A stretch of DNA of 63,206 nt from an uncultured Succinivibrionaceae bacterium (GCA_944390085.1 CALXOT010000129.1:1-63206); one strand, 5' to 3'. Positions 9,117-18,591 are shown, counted from the first letter of the stretch. Notes: generated from the letters alone by a model not told the origin. Numbers and translations are program-made.

Positions 9117-10994
9117 ATGGCTGAGAACGATTTTCCGCTGACCGCCGCCTCCGGCACGCCGGCAAGTCCGCCTGCCCCGGCTCCGGCTCAGGCTGCACCG
9201 GAAGCAGCTGCAGCAGCTGCGGCTGCAGCCCCCGGAACTGAGCCTCCCGTAGCTGACGGTGCAGGGGCGGCTGCAGACAAAGCTGAAAAAGCCTCTGCCA
9301 TGCCCCGCTTGAAGGAATTTTTTAAAAACGGCGAGATTTTGCGCAGGCTGGTGATCCTGGGCCTTTTGGTATTGTTTATAACAGGCGGCATTTTTGGCCT
9401 GGTCAGCTTTAACTCCACTTCAGAAGCCCCGGCCATGCGTACCCTCGGGCACTACAGCCCCGATGAAATCGGCAAGGTGCTGGATTTCCTTGATTTAGAG
9501 GGCTTTGAATACCGGCTGTCGCAGGGTGACACTATTTTAGTGCAGGTATCAGATTATGCGGCCGTACGGGAGCTGATGTTGCGCCGTGGCATTGCCGTGC
9601 CGGTAGAAAGTAATGATGAGGGCGACAGCATCCTGATGACCGACTCTGGCTTCGGGGTGTCCCAACGCCTTGAGGGGGAGCGCATCAAGCACGGGCGCGA
9701 GATGCAGCTGGCCCGCGCCATTGAGCGTATCGATGGAATTGAGCATGCTACCGTGCTGTTGGCCATTCCCAAGGAAAATGTATTTGCCAGGGAACAGAAC
9801 CGTCCTAGTGCTGCGGTAGTGGTGACCTTGCAGCGCGGAGCCTATCTTTCCCCGGAGAATGTCAATTCCATCCGTTTCATGGTCAGTTCCTCTGTCCACA
9901 ACCTGCTGTCAAAGGATGTGACGGTTACCGATCAGAACGGAAGGCTGCTTTCTGCTGAAAATGCCGGAGCCGGTACTGAGGACAAATTACAGCAGGAATT
10001 TGAAATGCGCACCCTGCGCGAGGCGCAGTACCGCGATAAGCTCGACTCCATCCTGGCCCCGATGCTCGGGCTTGGCAATTATTCTGCTGAAGTGGACGTG
10101 ACCCTGGACACTACGGTGGAGGAGGAGACGCGGCAGCTTTATAATCCGGACGCTCAGGCTGTGCGCTCTGAAACCCTGCGCGAGGAACGGGGCGGGCAGG
10201 AGCAGACCAATCCTTACGGGGTGCCCGGTTCCTTATCCAACCAGCCTCCGGCCAATGCGGTGATCCCGCAGCAGCTGCGCGATGGTACCGCTAACGCTGC
10301 CAATTCTTCTTCCAATGAGCGTGAAAGCCGTGAGGCCGTGCGCAATTATGAGGTGGATACCACTATCCGTCATACCACCAGACCGACCAATACCGTGTCC
10401 CGCCTGACGGTGTCAGTGGCAGTGGATTATTTGCGCCAGGTTGATCCTGAGGGCCTGGTAACTTACGTGCCCCGTCCGCAGGAGGATTTGGACAAGATTG
10501 CAGATCTGGTGCGCGGTGGCCTGGGCCTTGATGAAAGGCGCGGGGATTTCGTGCAGGTGGAAACGGTGTCCTTCCCGCATGATGACGTACAGCCGCCCCT
10601 GCCGTGGTGGCAGCAGGAGGCCTTCTATCGCATTGCCCGGGTGGTGGGTGCGGTGCTGGTTATCCTGATAGTGGTGCTGTTCGTGATAAGGCCGCTGGTC
10701 AACCGCCTGTTGCGCGGTAAGACCGAGGAAGAACTGGCTCTTGATCACAATGATGTGGACAGCATGCCGGCACTTGAGGGTAATGATGATCTCAACCTGA
10801 TTGCCCAGCAGAATGAGCTTAACGATCAGGTCTACTCCATTAACCGCGACGGTGGTATTGAACTGCCTAATTTGCATAAGAATGAAGATCTGATCAAGGC
10901 GGTACGTACCTTGGTGTCCAACGAGCCACAATTGTCGGCTGAGGTGATCCGCGACTGGATTAATTCAGATTTGGGTGAGAAGAAAAAGGCCTGA
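9117..10994 (+). CDS. fliF: Flagellar M-ring protein FliF
   Basis: 625 aa with two TM segments flanking a large YscJ/FliF-type periplasmic domain, positioned between fliE and fliG. The N-terminus has a poly-Ala/Pro tract. Confidence 0.95.
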   Translation: MAENDFPLTAASGTPASPPAPAPAQAAPEAAAAAAAAAPGTEPPVADGAGAAADKAEKASAMPRLKEFFKNGEILRRLVILGLLVLFITGGIFGLVSFNSTSEAPAMRTLGHYSPDEIGKVLDFLDLEGFEYRLSQGDTILVQVSDYAAVRELMLRRGIAVPVESNDEGDSILMTDSGFGVSQRLEGERIKHGREMQLARAIERIDGIEHATVLLAIPKENVFAREQNRPSAAVVVTLQRGAYLSPENVNSIRFMVSSSVHNLLSKDVTVTDQNGRLLSAENAGAGTEDKLQQEFEMRTLREAQYRDKLDSILAPMLGLGNYSAEVDVTLDTTVEEETRQLYNPDAQAVRSETLREERGGQEQTNPYGVPGSLSNQPPANAVIPQQLRDGTANAANSSSNERESREAVRNYEVDTTIRHTTRPTNTVSRLTVSVAVDYLRQVDPEGLVTYVPRPQEDLDKIADLVRGGLGLDERRGDFVQVETVSFPHDDVQPPLPWWQQEAFYRIARVVGAVLVILIVVLFVIRPLVNRLLRGKTEEELALDHNDVDSMPALEGNDDLNLIAQQNELNDQVYSINRDGGIELPNLHKNEDLIKAVRTLVSNEPQLSAEVIRDWINSDLGEKKKA

Positions 10995-11025
10995 GGGCCT
11001 TAGGTAATGCTGCGGGGTTTTTTGC

Positions 11026-12147
11026 ATGACTGACAATGCTGTGAATCTGCCGGCTCAGTCCGGCACGGTAGTACCGGCGGCGGGCAACACTTCTGTGGTA
11101 GGCCGCAGTTCCACCGGACTTGAGCTTTCTGACGATGAAAAGGCGGCTTTAGAGGGCATGTCGGGAACAGACAAGGCTGCCATCTTAATGCTGTCCTTGT
11201 CTGAAGAGGACGCAGCGCAGATCTTCCGTAATCTACAGCCCAAACAGGTACAGCGGCTAGGTGTGCGCATGGCTGAACTGTCTGATTTCAATCAGGATGC
11301 CGTCAATGCGGTGCACAAGACCTTTTTAACTTCCATCACCAAGCACTCGCATATTGGGATTGGCAGTTCAGACTTTGTGCGCAATGCCCTGATTGCAGCC
11401 TTAGGTGAGGATAAGGCCAATAATCTGGTTGATCAGATAGCCATGGGTACGGGCTCGCATGGTCTCGATTCACTCAAATGGATGGATGCCCGCCAGGTGG
11501 CCACTATCATTCAGAACGAACACCCGCAGATCCAGACTATCGTGCTGTCTTATCTGGAGCCTGAGCAAAGCGCACAGATTTTAAGTCAGTTCCCTGAGCA
11601 GGTACGCTTGGATCTCATCATGCGCATCGCTACCTTAGAGGAAGTGCAGCCTGCGGCTTTGCAGGAACTCAATGAGATCATGGAAAAGCAGTTTGCAGGT
11701 TCAGCCGGTGCCCAGACCGCCAAGATCGGTGGCCTGAAGAGTGCGGCCTCCATCATGAATTATCTCGATACCACCACCGAAAATCAGCTCATGGATGCCA
11801 TTCAGAAGCAGGATCGCGACATGGGACTGCAGATCCAGGATTTGATGTTCGTGTTCGAGAATCTGGCCGATGTGGACGATCGTTCCATCCAGACCTTGCT
11901 GCGCGATGTACCCAACGATGTGCTGGAAAAGGCCCTCAAGGGAGCGGACGATACCTTGCGCGAGAAGTTCTTCAAGAATATGTCAAGCCGTGCCTCCGAT
12001 GCCCTGAAGGAAGATCTAGCCTCCATGGGGCCTACCAAGCTCTCCGATGTCGAGGCGGCACAAAAGGAAATCCTTACCATTGCGCACAAGCTGGCCGATC
12101 AGGGGCAGATCATGCTTTCGCGCGGCGGCGGGGAAGATTTTGTCTAA
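11026..12147 (+). CDS. fliG: Flagellar motor switch protein FliG
   Basis: Conserved EHPQ(I)QTI, MFVFENL and C-terminal torque-helix region (...AQKEILTIAHKLADQGQI). 373 aa with a ~40-aa N-terminal extension. Confidence 0.95.
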   Translation: MTDNAVNLPAQSGTVVPAAGNTSVVGRSSTGLELSDDEKAALEGMSGTDKAAILMLSLSEEDAAQIFRNLQPKQVQRLGVRMAELSDFNQDAVNAVHKTFLTSITKHSHIGIGSSDFVRNALIAALGEDKANNLVDQIAMGTGSHGLDSLKWMDARQVATIIQNEHPQIQTIVLSYLEPEQSAQILSQFPEQVRLDLIMRIATLEEVQPAALQELNEIMEKQFAGSAGAQTAKIGGLKSAASIMNYLDTTTENQLMDAIQKQDRDMGLQIQDLMFVFENLADVDDRSIQTLLRDVPNDVLEKALKGADDTLREKFFKNMSSRASDALKEDLASMGPTKLSDVEAAQKEILTIAHKLADQGQIMLSRGGGEDFV

Positions 12148-12165
12148 GTGAGGCAGGAATAAGGC

Positions 12166-13596
12166 ATGGCAGACTTAAAGGACAGCGGCAGGCATCATCT
12201 GCCTGACAATGTCATCGTGGGTCTTGATGAGAGGGATATTTTCAAGACCTTTGAGGAGCGCACCGATGAGCGCCTGAATATCAAGCGGGCTGCGGTAATT
12301 GATGGCAATGAGCTCAAGCCCGGGCAGGTACAGGCCATGGAATGGCCGATGCTCGATGACGGGCGCAAGCTTGGTACCAATGCCTACGGCTATCCGACCG
12401 GTGGCTGGTATGCGCTGCAAAAGCGCAAGCTGGAAGAAGAGAAGGAGGCGCAGCGCGCTGAAGAGGAACGCAAGGCCAGGGAAGAGGCTGAGGCGCAGGA
12501 GGCAGCTGAGCGTGAACATCTGCTCACGGTGGAGGAGATTGAACAGCTGCGTGAGCAGGCCAGGCAGGACGGATTGGCCGAGGGCTTGGCACAAGGTCAG
12601 GAGCAGGGGTATAAGGAAGGATTTGCCAGGGGCGAGGCTGAGGGGCTGGAGCAGGGCCGGAACGAAGGGCATGAACAGGGCTTTGCTAAGGGGCTGGCCG
12701 AAGGCCGGGAGCAGGGTTTTGCTAAAGGACAGCAGCAGGGCATTGCCGAGGGAACGGCCATTGTCAGCGCCCAGGCTGAGCGTTTTCGCCACCTTGCTGA
12801 TATGCTGGCCAATCCGCTGCGTGATCTTGACCGTGATGTCACTGACGAGATCATCTATATCATTTCCAGGCTGTGCCGGGTGATCCTAAAGCATGAGCTT
12901 AAGGGAGATGCCGACTTTTTAAGGCGCAGTGTGGAACATGCCGCAAGCCTGCTGCCCAATGCCAAGCAAGGGGCTGTGATCCGCCTGAATGAGGAAGACT
13001 TAGGCCTGGTGGAGGCTGCCTTCGGGCGGGAATATTTAAAGGAAGCCCATTGGGATCTTGTGGCTGATCCGAAGCTGGCCCCGGGGGATGTGGAGGCTGA
13101 AAATCCGGCTTCCACCGTAAGCTGGCGGGTAGATGAGCGGGTGGATGCCCTGCTCAATGATTTTTTGATACAAAGTGCCCCGGCGGTGGCGCAGGCACTG
13201 CGTGAGAACATCGAAGGCGCACCGGAGGCGGGTGTTGCTCCTTTAAAGCCTCTGGCTCCGCCGCCCAAGCTTGCCGATTTCAAGGAAAGCATTGAAAAAA
13301 GCTTGCAGCAAACAGCTGCAGGCGCACCTGCCAGTGCAGCAGGCAGCGCAGATCCGGCTGCTAAGGCACAGGCCGGTCAGGCGGCAATCCTTCCTGCAGC
13401 GGGTACAGCTGCGGCAGGTAATGGGGCAGCTGAAAATACAGTGCCCAAAGAAAAGACGGTGCCTGCTGAAAGTCCTGCCATGGCGGCACGCCGGCGCGCG
13501 CGGGCTGCAGCACAGGCCAAAGCCCAGGCTGCTACAGCAATTGCAGACGGCCTGCCTGAAGTGGCCGATAATCCTTTTGCCTCAATGGCACCATAA
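12166..13596 (+). CDS. fliH: Flagellar assembly protein FliH (about twice the usual length)
   Basis: It sits between fliG and fliI and has a FliH-type C-terminal domain (...IRLNEEDLGLVEAAF...WDLVADPKLAPGDV). It also has a long xxxG repeat tract and a Glu/Lys-rich coil, plus a ~130-aa Ala-rich tail. Confidence 0.8.
   Translation: MADLKDSGRHHLPDNVIVGLDERDIFKTFEERTDERLNIKRAAVIDGNELKPGQVQAMEWPMLDDGRKLGTNAYGYPTGGWYALQKRKLEEEKEAQRAEEERKAREEAEAQEAAEREHLLTVEEIEQLREQARQDGLAEGLAQGQEQGYKEGFARGEAEGLEQGRNEGHEQGFAKGLAEGREQGFAKGQQQGIAEGTAIVSAQAERFRHLADMLANPLRDLDRDVTDEIIYIISRLCRVILKHELKGDADFLRRSVEHAASLLPNAKQGAVIRLNEEDLGLVEAAFGREYLKEAHWDLVADPKLAPGDVEAENPASTVSWRVDERVDALLNDFLIQSAPAVAQALRENIEGAPEAGVAPLKPLAPPPKLADFKESIEKSLQQTAAGAPASAAGSADPAAKAQAGQAAILPAAGTAAAGNGAAENTVPKEKTVPAESPAMAARRRARAAAQAKAQAATAIADGLPEVADNPFASMAP
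12571..12753 (+). repeat. In-frame 12-nt periodic repeat encoding the FliH xxxG tract
   Basis: By my count Gly occurs at every 4th residue for 16 consecutive positions (G136 to G196: LAEG LAQG QEQG YKEG FARG EAEG LEQG RNEG HEQG FAKG LAEG REQG FAKG QQQG IAEG). A near-duplicate ~36-nt unit is visible (gaacagggctttgctaagggg / gagcagggttttgctaaagga). Confidence 0.8.
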
Positions 13597-13609
13597 GGCA
13601 GGCAGATAG

Positions 13610-15085
13610 ATGAATAACCTGCTGGCCCGCCTTAAGTCTATTCCCCTGCCTGAACAGGAAAAGCAGCCTGCCGTGGCCGGGCATCTGGTGCGGGTGGTTG
13701 GCCTTACCCTGGAAGCTCGCGGCCTGCAGGTGGCGTTGGGGGATCGCTGCAGCATTGAGACCTTGCAGGGCAGGATGTTTGCCGAAGTGGTGGGTTTTTC
13801 CGGGGAGATCATCTATCTGATGCCCACTGAGCAATTGCAGGGAGTGATGCCCGGGGCGCGGGTGACCCCTTGTGCTGATCTGAGCACCTTTCCTTTTGGC
13901 GATCATCTGTTAGGGCGCGTGATTGACGGCATGGGTGAGCCGATTGACGGCATGGGACCACTGACGGCGCCACAGGCGGTAAAGTGGTCGGCGCGGCGGA
14001 TGAATCCAATGGCACGCCGTCCTATCCGGGAACCTCTTGATGTGGGGGTGCGGGCGATAAATGGCCTGCTTACCATAGGCAAGGGGCAGCGCATGGGGCT
14101 GTTTGCCGGTTCCGGCGTGGGCAAGTCAGTCCTGCTTGGCATGATGACGCGCGGTACAGCCGCTGATATCGTGGTGGTAGGACTTATCGGCGAGCGTGGC
14201 CGTGAGGTCAAGGAATTTATTGACGATATTTTGGGTCCGCAGGGGCGTGCCCGCGCAGTGGTGGTGGCAGCTCCAGCCGATGCCTCACCCTTAATGCGCC
14301 TGAAGGGCTGTGAAACTACCTTACAGATAGCTGAATACTTCAGGGATCAGGGGCGCAATGTGCTGCTTTTGATGGATTCCCTGACCCGTTATGCCATGGC
14401 TCAGCGCGAAATTGCCCTAGCTGTAGGTGAACCCCCGGCCACCAAGGGCTATCCGCCTTCAGTATTCTCCAAACTACCGGCCTTAGTTGAGCGTGCCGGT
14501 AACGGCTCTGAAAATCAGGGTTCCATTACGGCAGTATTCACGGTGCTGGTGGAAGGTGATGATTTGCAGGATCCGATAGCAGATTCCGCACGAGCCATCT
14601 TAGACGGGCACATCGTATTATCCAGACAGCTGGCAGATGCCGGGCATTACCCCGCCATTGATGTGGAAAAATCCATTTCCCGTGTGATGCCGGCGGTGGT
14701 TTCGCCCGAGCAAATGGTAATGGCCCGTACCATCAGGCAATGCCTTGCCACCTATAATCAGAATCAGGAGCTGGTTGCCATTGGCGCTTACCAGCAAGGC
14801 AGTGATCCGCGCATCGATCAGGCTATCATGATAAAGCCCCATATTGATGAGTATACGCAGCAGGATATGCGGGCAGTGATCCCCTATCAGCAAAGCCTCG
14901 ACGGGCTGAAGCAATTGTCATTGCTGCTCATTCAGGATGCGCAGAACAAAATAGCGGCACTGCAGCAAGGAGCAGCTGCGCAACAAAATGCCACGCCAGT
15001 GCCAGGCAACAAGGATCAGGCCGGAGCCGGAGCCGGGGGACAGGCGCGCCCTGCCGTGAAGATGAGCTTTAAGCGCAAAGGCTGA
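13610..15085 (+). CDS. fliI: Flagellum-specific ATPase FliI
   Basis: Walker A GSGVGKS and Walker B LLLMDSLTR, with F1/T3SS-ATPase-like sequence throughout. The C-terminal ~45 aa are a low-complexity tail. Confidence 0.95.
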   Translation: MNNLLARLKSIPLPEQEKQPAVAGHLVRVVGLTLEARGLQVALGDRCSIETLQGRMFAEVVGFSGEIIYLMPTEQLQGVMPGARVTPCADLSTFPFGDHLLGRVIDGMGEPIDGMGPLTAPQAVKWSARRMNPMARRPIREPLDVGVRAINGLLTIGKGQRMGLFAGSGVGKSVLLGMMTRGTAADIVVVGLIGERGREVKEFIDDILGPQGRARAVVVAAPADASPLMRLKGCETTLQIAEYFRDQGRNVLLLMDSLTRYAMAQREIALAVGEPPATKGYPPSVFSKLPALVERAGNGSENQGSITAVFTVLVEGDDLQDPIADSARAILDGHIVLSRQLADAGHYPAIDVEKSISRVMPAVVSPEQMVMARTIRQCLATYNQNQELVAIGAYQQGSDPRIDQAIMIKPHIDEYTQQDMRAVIPYQQSLDGLKQLSLLLIQDAQNKIAALQQGAAAQQNATPVPGNKDQAGAGAGGQARPAVKMSFKRKG

Positions 15086-15126
15086 TGGCAGTAAGATCAA
15101 AGGGCTTTTCTGAGGAGACATGAAGC

Positions 15127-15573
15127 ATGGCGCAGGACAGGGCATTGCAGCTGGTATTGGATCTGCGCAAAAAGGAAGAGGATAAAGCCCAGGAGCTTTT
15201 TGCCAGGGCCTTAAGTGAAATTGCCCGTTATGAAAGGCAGCTTGAGCAATTACGGCAGTTTGCTGCGCAATATGCCAGACAGCTGGAAAATCAGGGGCGT
15301 GCTGGAGTTTCTGCACAGGCATTGCTGGCCTATCAGGATTTTATCAATAAGCTTGACGCCATTGAGGCGCGGCAGCAGCAGGAGCTGGAACAGCTGCGTC
15401 AGGTCTGTGAGCAAAGGCGGCAGCAGTATCTGGAAAAGCAGAAGCAGCGCAAAATCATTGAAACCTTAATTAAAAAGCATGAGCTGGAACGGGCCCGGGC
15501 TGAGCTTAAGGCCGAGCAAAAGCTGCTTGATGAATTTGTGACCGCCAGGGCTGCCCGTAAGGAGCGGCCTTAA
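15127..15573 (+). CDS. fliJ: Flagellar export chaperone-like protein FliJ
   Basis: A 148-aa all-coiled-coil, Gln/Glu/Arg-rich protein immediately after fliI. RBS GAGGAG is 9 nt upstream. Confidence 0.75.
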   Translation: MAQDRALQLVLDLRKKEEDKAQELFARALSEIARYERQLEQLRQFAAQYARQLENQGRAGVSAQALLAYQDFINKLDAIEARQQQELEQLRQVCEQRRQQYLEKQKQRKIIETLIKKHELERARAELKAEQKLLDEFVTARAARKERP

Positions 15574-15793
15574 GCAAACTGTCCGCAGGCTCTGTAAGTT
15601 TAGGTAGCTGTAGTAGCGCTTTCTTTTGAGTTAAATCCCAGGCTGCCCCTTATCTTCCCCGTCTTTATCAGTCATCCTGTCATCCATCCTGTTTCAACGC
15701 AGATCCTAAGCAGAAAAGCTGACTGTCCCGAAATGACAAGGTTCAGGGCAACGCTGTTCAGCAAAGCCTGTCTTTTACGTATTTTCAGCAAAT

Positions 15794-15809
15794 TGGCAGG
15801 GACTTTGCT
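15794..15809 (+). promoter_or_regulatory. sigma54 (-24/-12) promoter of fliK
   Basis: TGGCAGG-GACT-TTGCT matches TGGCACG-N4-TTGCW, with GG-N10-GC spacing. It lies about 110 nt upstream of the fliK ATG in a 344-nt ORF-free gap. Confidence 0.7.
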
Positions 15810-15917
15810 TGATTAAGGCTAAAACGGGGAGCAAGGCTTCAGCTAAGCCTGCGAAAACCCAACAGACAAGTCGGCACAAAGTGCTGTAATTTAAAATAAT
15901 TATGAGGAAATAACTGT

Positions 15918-17618
15918 ATGCAGACAGTAAATGCGGCTCAAGACTCTCCTGCAGGGTTCAGCCGGGCCGGCGGCAGGAATTATCTGTCAGGCGGTACAGA
16001 TTTTGCCGCCCTGCTGCAACGGGTAAGCTCAGGAGCGGAGCAGGGCACTGGCAGCACCCTGAATGTGGTCAGCCTGATTGGTACACAATCTGCACTAAAA
16101 CAGCAGCACAAAGCGCAGTTGCAGTCAGCTTCCCGGCCAGCTGCAGCTGAGCCTGAGCGCCAACCTCCGGTCATGGAAAACAGGAAAAAGGATGAGGTTA
16201 AGGCACAGGGACAGCAGGAGGATGAGCCTGAAGCTGAAACTGAGCTTGAGCGTAAGGCGGATGCGGAGGAGGGGACTGCGGACAATGCCCAGGCACAGCA
16301 GGCAGCTTTGTTATTGTCTGATACCGGCACGGTAGGCGCTGTTGTCTCAACTCAGCTTTCACCTAAAACCGTCCTTGCGGCAGAGACCTTGCCTACCTCC
16401 CCTGCAGTGCCGGCAACTTCGGAGGCACCGCAGAAAGATGCCGCAGCAGCGGCGGCAGCAGGGAGTGCCGCTGCCAGTTTGAAAATGATGGCGGCACAAC
16501 AATTTTCTGATACCGCCAAAGCTTGCACGGAGGCCCTGACCGCAGCACAAGCACAGGTTACAGCAGGACAGCTGAGCCTTGATGACATGGCTAAGCTTGC
16601 AGGGGTGGAACAGGTTTCCCTTGAGGAGATAAAGCCCGCTCTCTCCGGGCTGATGCAGGATGCTGCCACTTTAGCTGCGGATACTCAGGCAGCTTCCGAT
16701 CAGGATCTTAGTGATCTTAATTTACAGGTTACACTTAAACATAAGTTAAGCGGCGCTGGCGGACAGGCAGGAACCTCAGGTACGGATAAGAATGGGGCAA
16801 GCACTGAACTTAAGACAGCAGCTGCACCAGCTGCAGCTGCTGGTACTGAGCAGGCCTTGCAGGTGTTAAGCCGCATGGCGCGGGGTCTTGGGGACAAGAG
16901 TGCTTACAATCTGGAGCTTATCCGGCAAAATAAAGCCTTAAGCCTTGAAACTCAGCTTGGGGCAAAACAGGCGGCCCCAGGCCTTTTAATGGGGACAGCT
17001 GGGGCAGGGATAGCTGCAGACAACCAGGAGCTTGGTCTAAATGCAGTCTTTGCAGCGTCTTCCCTGACAGGGGGAATGTCGGATCAGGGTTCTGACAGTT
17101 CCATGTCTCAGGGGCAGGGCTTTAATACCGATTTGAGCAAATTCCGGGCACAGCTTACCAAAGGAACTACAGGCGCAGCAGATAGCGCAGCTACAGGTGA
17201 GCGCATGGAGCTTTCCGCAGATGCCCGGGAAAATGCAAAGAAAATAGCCAATCAGGTACTGGCCATGGCGGCACGCAATTTAAGGCAGCTTACCATTGAT
17301 CTCAATCCGGCAAGCTTAGGGCGCATGCAGATTGCCATCAGCCTCAATCCAAACAACGAGGCTCTGGCGGTCAATATTGGTGCCAGTCAACGTCAGACCC
17401 GGGATCTGATAGCAAAATCGCTCAGCTCCTTAAAGGAAATTCTGGCTGCCGGGCAGAATAGTGGTGAGCTCGATCCGGAACTGAGCTTTTCCTTGCTGCC
17501 TGAGACTGCTGCCGACGTTCTGGCGCAGGCCGCCGGATCAGCTGGCGCCGACACTGTGTCCGGACACTGGCCGCAGGATGCAGCCTTGAGGTATAACGCA
17601 CGTTCAGCGCTGGTGTAA
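15918..17618 (+). CDS. fliK: Flagellar hook-length control protein FliK
   Basis: A 566-aa Ala/Gln-rich, low-complexity protein with a C-terminal Flg_hook-like domain (...LRQLTIDLNPASLGRMQIAISL...). It sits between fliJ and fliL. RBS GAGGA. Confidence 0.75.
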   Translation: MQTVNAAQDSPAGFSRAGGRNYLSGGTDFAALLQRVSSGAEQGTGSTLNVVSLIGTQSALKQQHKAQLQSASRPAAAEPERQPPVMENRKKDEVKAQGQQEDEPEAETELERKADAEEGTADNAQAQQAALLLSDTGTVGAVVSTQLSPKTVLAAETLPTSPAVPATSEAPQKDAAAAAAAGSAAASLKMMAAQQFSDTAKACTEALTAAQAQVTAGQLSLDDMAKLAGVEQVSLEEIKPALSGLMQDAATLAADTQAASDQDLSDLNLQVTLKHKLSGAGGQAGTSGTDKNGASTELKTAAAPAAAAGTEQALQVLSRMARGLGDKSAYNLELIRQNKALSLETQLGAKQAAPGLLMGTAGAGIAADNQELGLNAVFAASSLTGGMSDQGSDSSMSQGQGFNTDLSKFRAQLTKGTTGAADSAATGERMELSADARENAKKIANQVLAMAARNLRQLTIDLNPASLGRMQIAISLNPNNEALAVNIGASQRQTRDLIAKSLSSLKEILAAGQNSGELDPELSFSLLPETAADVLAQAAGSAGADTVSGHWPQDAALRYNARSALV

Positions 17619-17939
17619 GGGCGCAGGGCGCACCAACTGCTGCCTTAATCACAATGGCCTGCCGGGGAAGGTTGTTCCCGTGGCAGGCTGGCCATGAAAA
17701 ATTCCTGCAGCTTCTGCCCGCAGGTGCTTTTGCCAGCAGGGCATGCAGGAGCCTGGGGACCGTTACGGCAGTCAGGCAGCAGTTGCCTCTTGCCTGCTAT
17801 CTTTTCCCTGTGTCCCTGTTTTTTCCCCTCTTTCCGAGCTTGCCTCTCCTTTCTTTTCCTGTGGCTTGAGCTTACAGTTTTCTGCAGGCTGGGATTGAGT
17901 CAGATCTGTGTCAGTATCCTGGGGGATGAGCCTGCAATT

Positions 17940-17955
17940 GGGCATACTCTTTGCT
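17940..17955 (+). promoter_or_regulatory. sigma54 (-24/-12) promoter of fliLMNOPQR
   Basis: GGGCATA-CTCT-TTGCT has GG (17941-17942), N10, then GC (17953-17954). The -12 region CTTTGCT is identical to that of the fliK promoter. It lies about 110 nt upstream of the fliL ATG. Confidence 0.65.
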
Positions 17956-18063
17956 ATATTCCTGATATGCTTATCGTGGGCACAATTTTGACGCCATCCT
18001 GCAGGCGGCGGGTCAGGCTGCGTTGTGCGATAATGGAAGCAGGTTTTTACAGAGGATTTGCAG

Positions 18064-18591
18064 ATGAGTGACGAGGCAGACAAGGCACCGAAAAAGCGCC
18101 GGCTGGGCAAATGGATCATTATTATCTTGCTGGTGCTGCTGATATTAGGTGGTGGTACCTATACCGGCATTGCCTATCTTAATAATTTGCCTCCCTTTGA
18201 GCCTAGCGGTCCGACTCCGGAGGAGATTGCGGCGCAGCGGGTGGCAGAGGAGCAGGCCATGCTCTCTGATGTGAGCGATCACTATGTCACTTTTGATCAG
18301 GCCTTTACCTTCAATGTGCCGGATGGCAATGTCAACCACATGATGCAAATTGAAGTGGCGCTGATGGTGATAGGCCCGCAGAATGAAGAACTGGCCAAGC
18401 AGCACAGTTCCCTGATTCAGGCAGTGATTTCTGAGGTTACCTCCCGCCAGACTTACAGCTCGCTGGTAAATCAGAGCGGCAGGCAGCGCTTAAAGCGCCT
18501 GCTTCTGGAAGCTATCCGCTCCAAGATGTCCGGTGTGGTGCAAAAGCCGGTGGTGGAGAAGGTGCTGTTTACCAATTTCGTCATGCAGTAA
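18064..18591 (+). CDS. fliL: Flagellar basal body-associated protein FliL
   Basis: Single N-terminal TM (WIIIILLVLLILGGG) followed by a FliL-type periplasmic domain. The ATG at 18064 is 7 nt after AGAGGA; the track start at 18058 is a TTG. Confidence 0.8.
   Translation: MSDEADKAPKKRRLGKWIIIILLVLLILGGGTYTGIAYLNNLPPFEPSGPTPEEIAAQRVAEEQAMLSDVSDHYVTFDQAFTFNVPDGNVNHMMQIEVALMVIGPQNEELAKQHSSLIQAVISEVTSRQTYSSLVNQSGRQRLKRLLLEAIRSKMSGVVQKPVVEKVLFTNFVMQ

Noticed and set aside
9190-9245. Runs of GCAGC(T/A)GC (poly-Ala codons) here and at about 16430-16460, 26150-26170, 26930-26950 and 27120-27200. Considered as possible microsatellite or CRISPR-like repeats.
   Set aside because: They are in-frame Ala tracts within CDSs, irregular in unit and spacing, and lack repeat-spacer architecture. 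No CRISPR array is present anywhere in the window.
12175-13292. Long antisense or alternative-frame ORFs inside fliH (205 aa, 194 aa, 145 aa, 85 aa). Similar ones occur inside fliF, fliK, rodZ, tolA and bamB.
   Set aside because: They are shadows of GC-rich, periodic Ala/Glu/Gly-coding repeats with few stop codons in any frame. The translations are low-complexity, they lack RBSs, and they are fully contained within well-supported genes.
17654-18071. Two plus-strand ORFs (71 and 125 aa) in the fliK-fliL gap.
   Set aside because: They translate the polypyrimidine tract into Cys/Phe/Leu/Pro/Ser strings. There is no RBS, they overlap the sigma54 promoter and the fliL start, and they are not protein-like.
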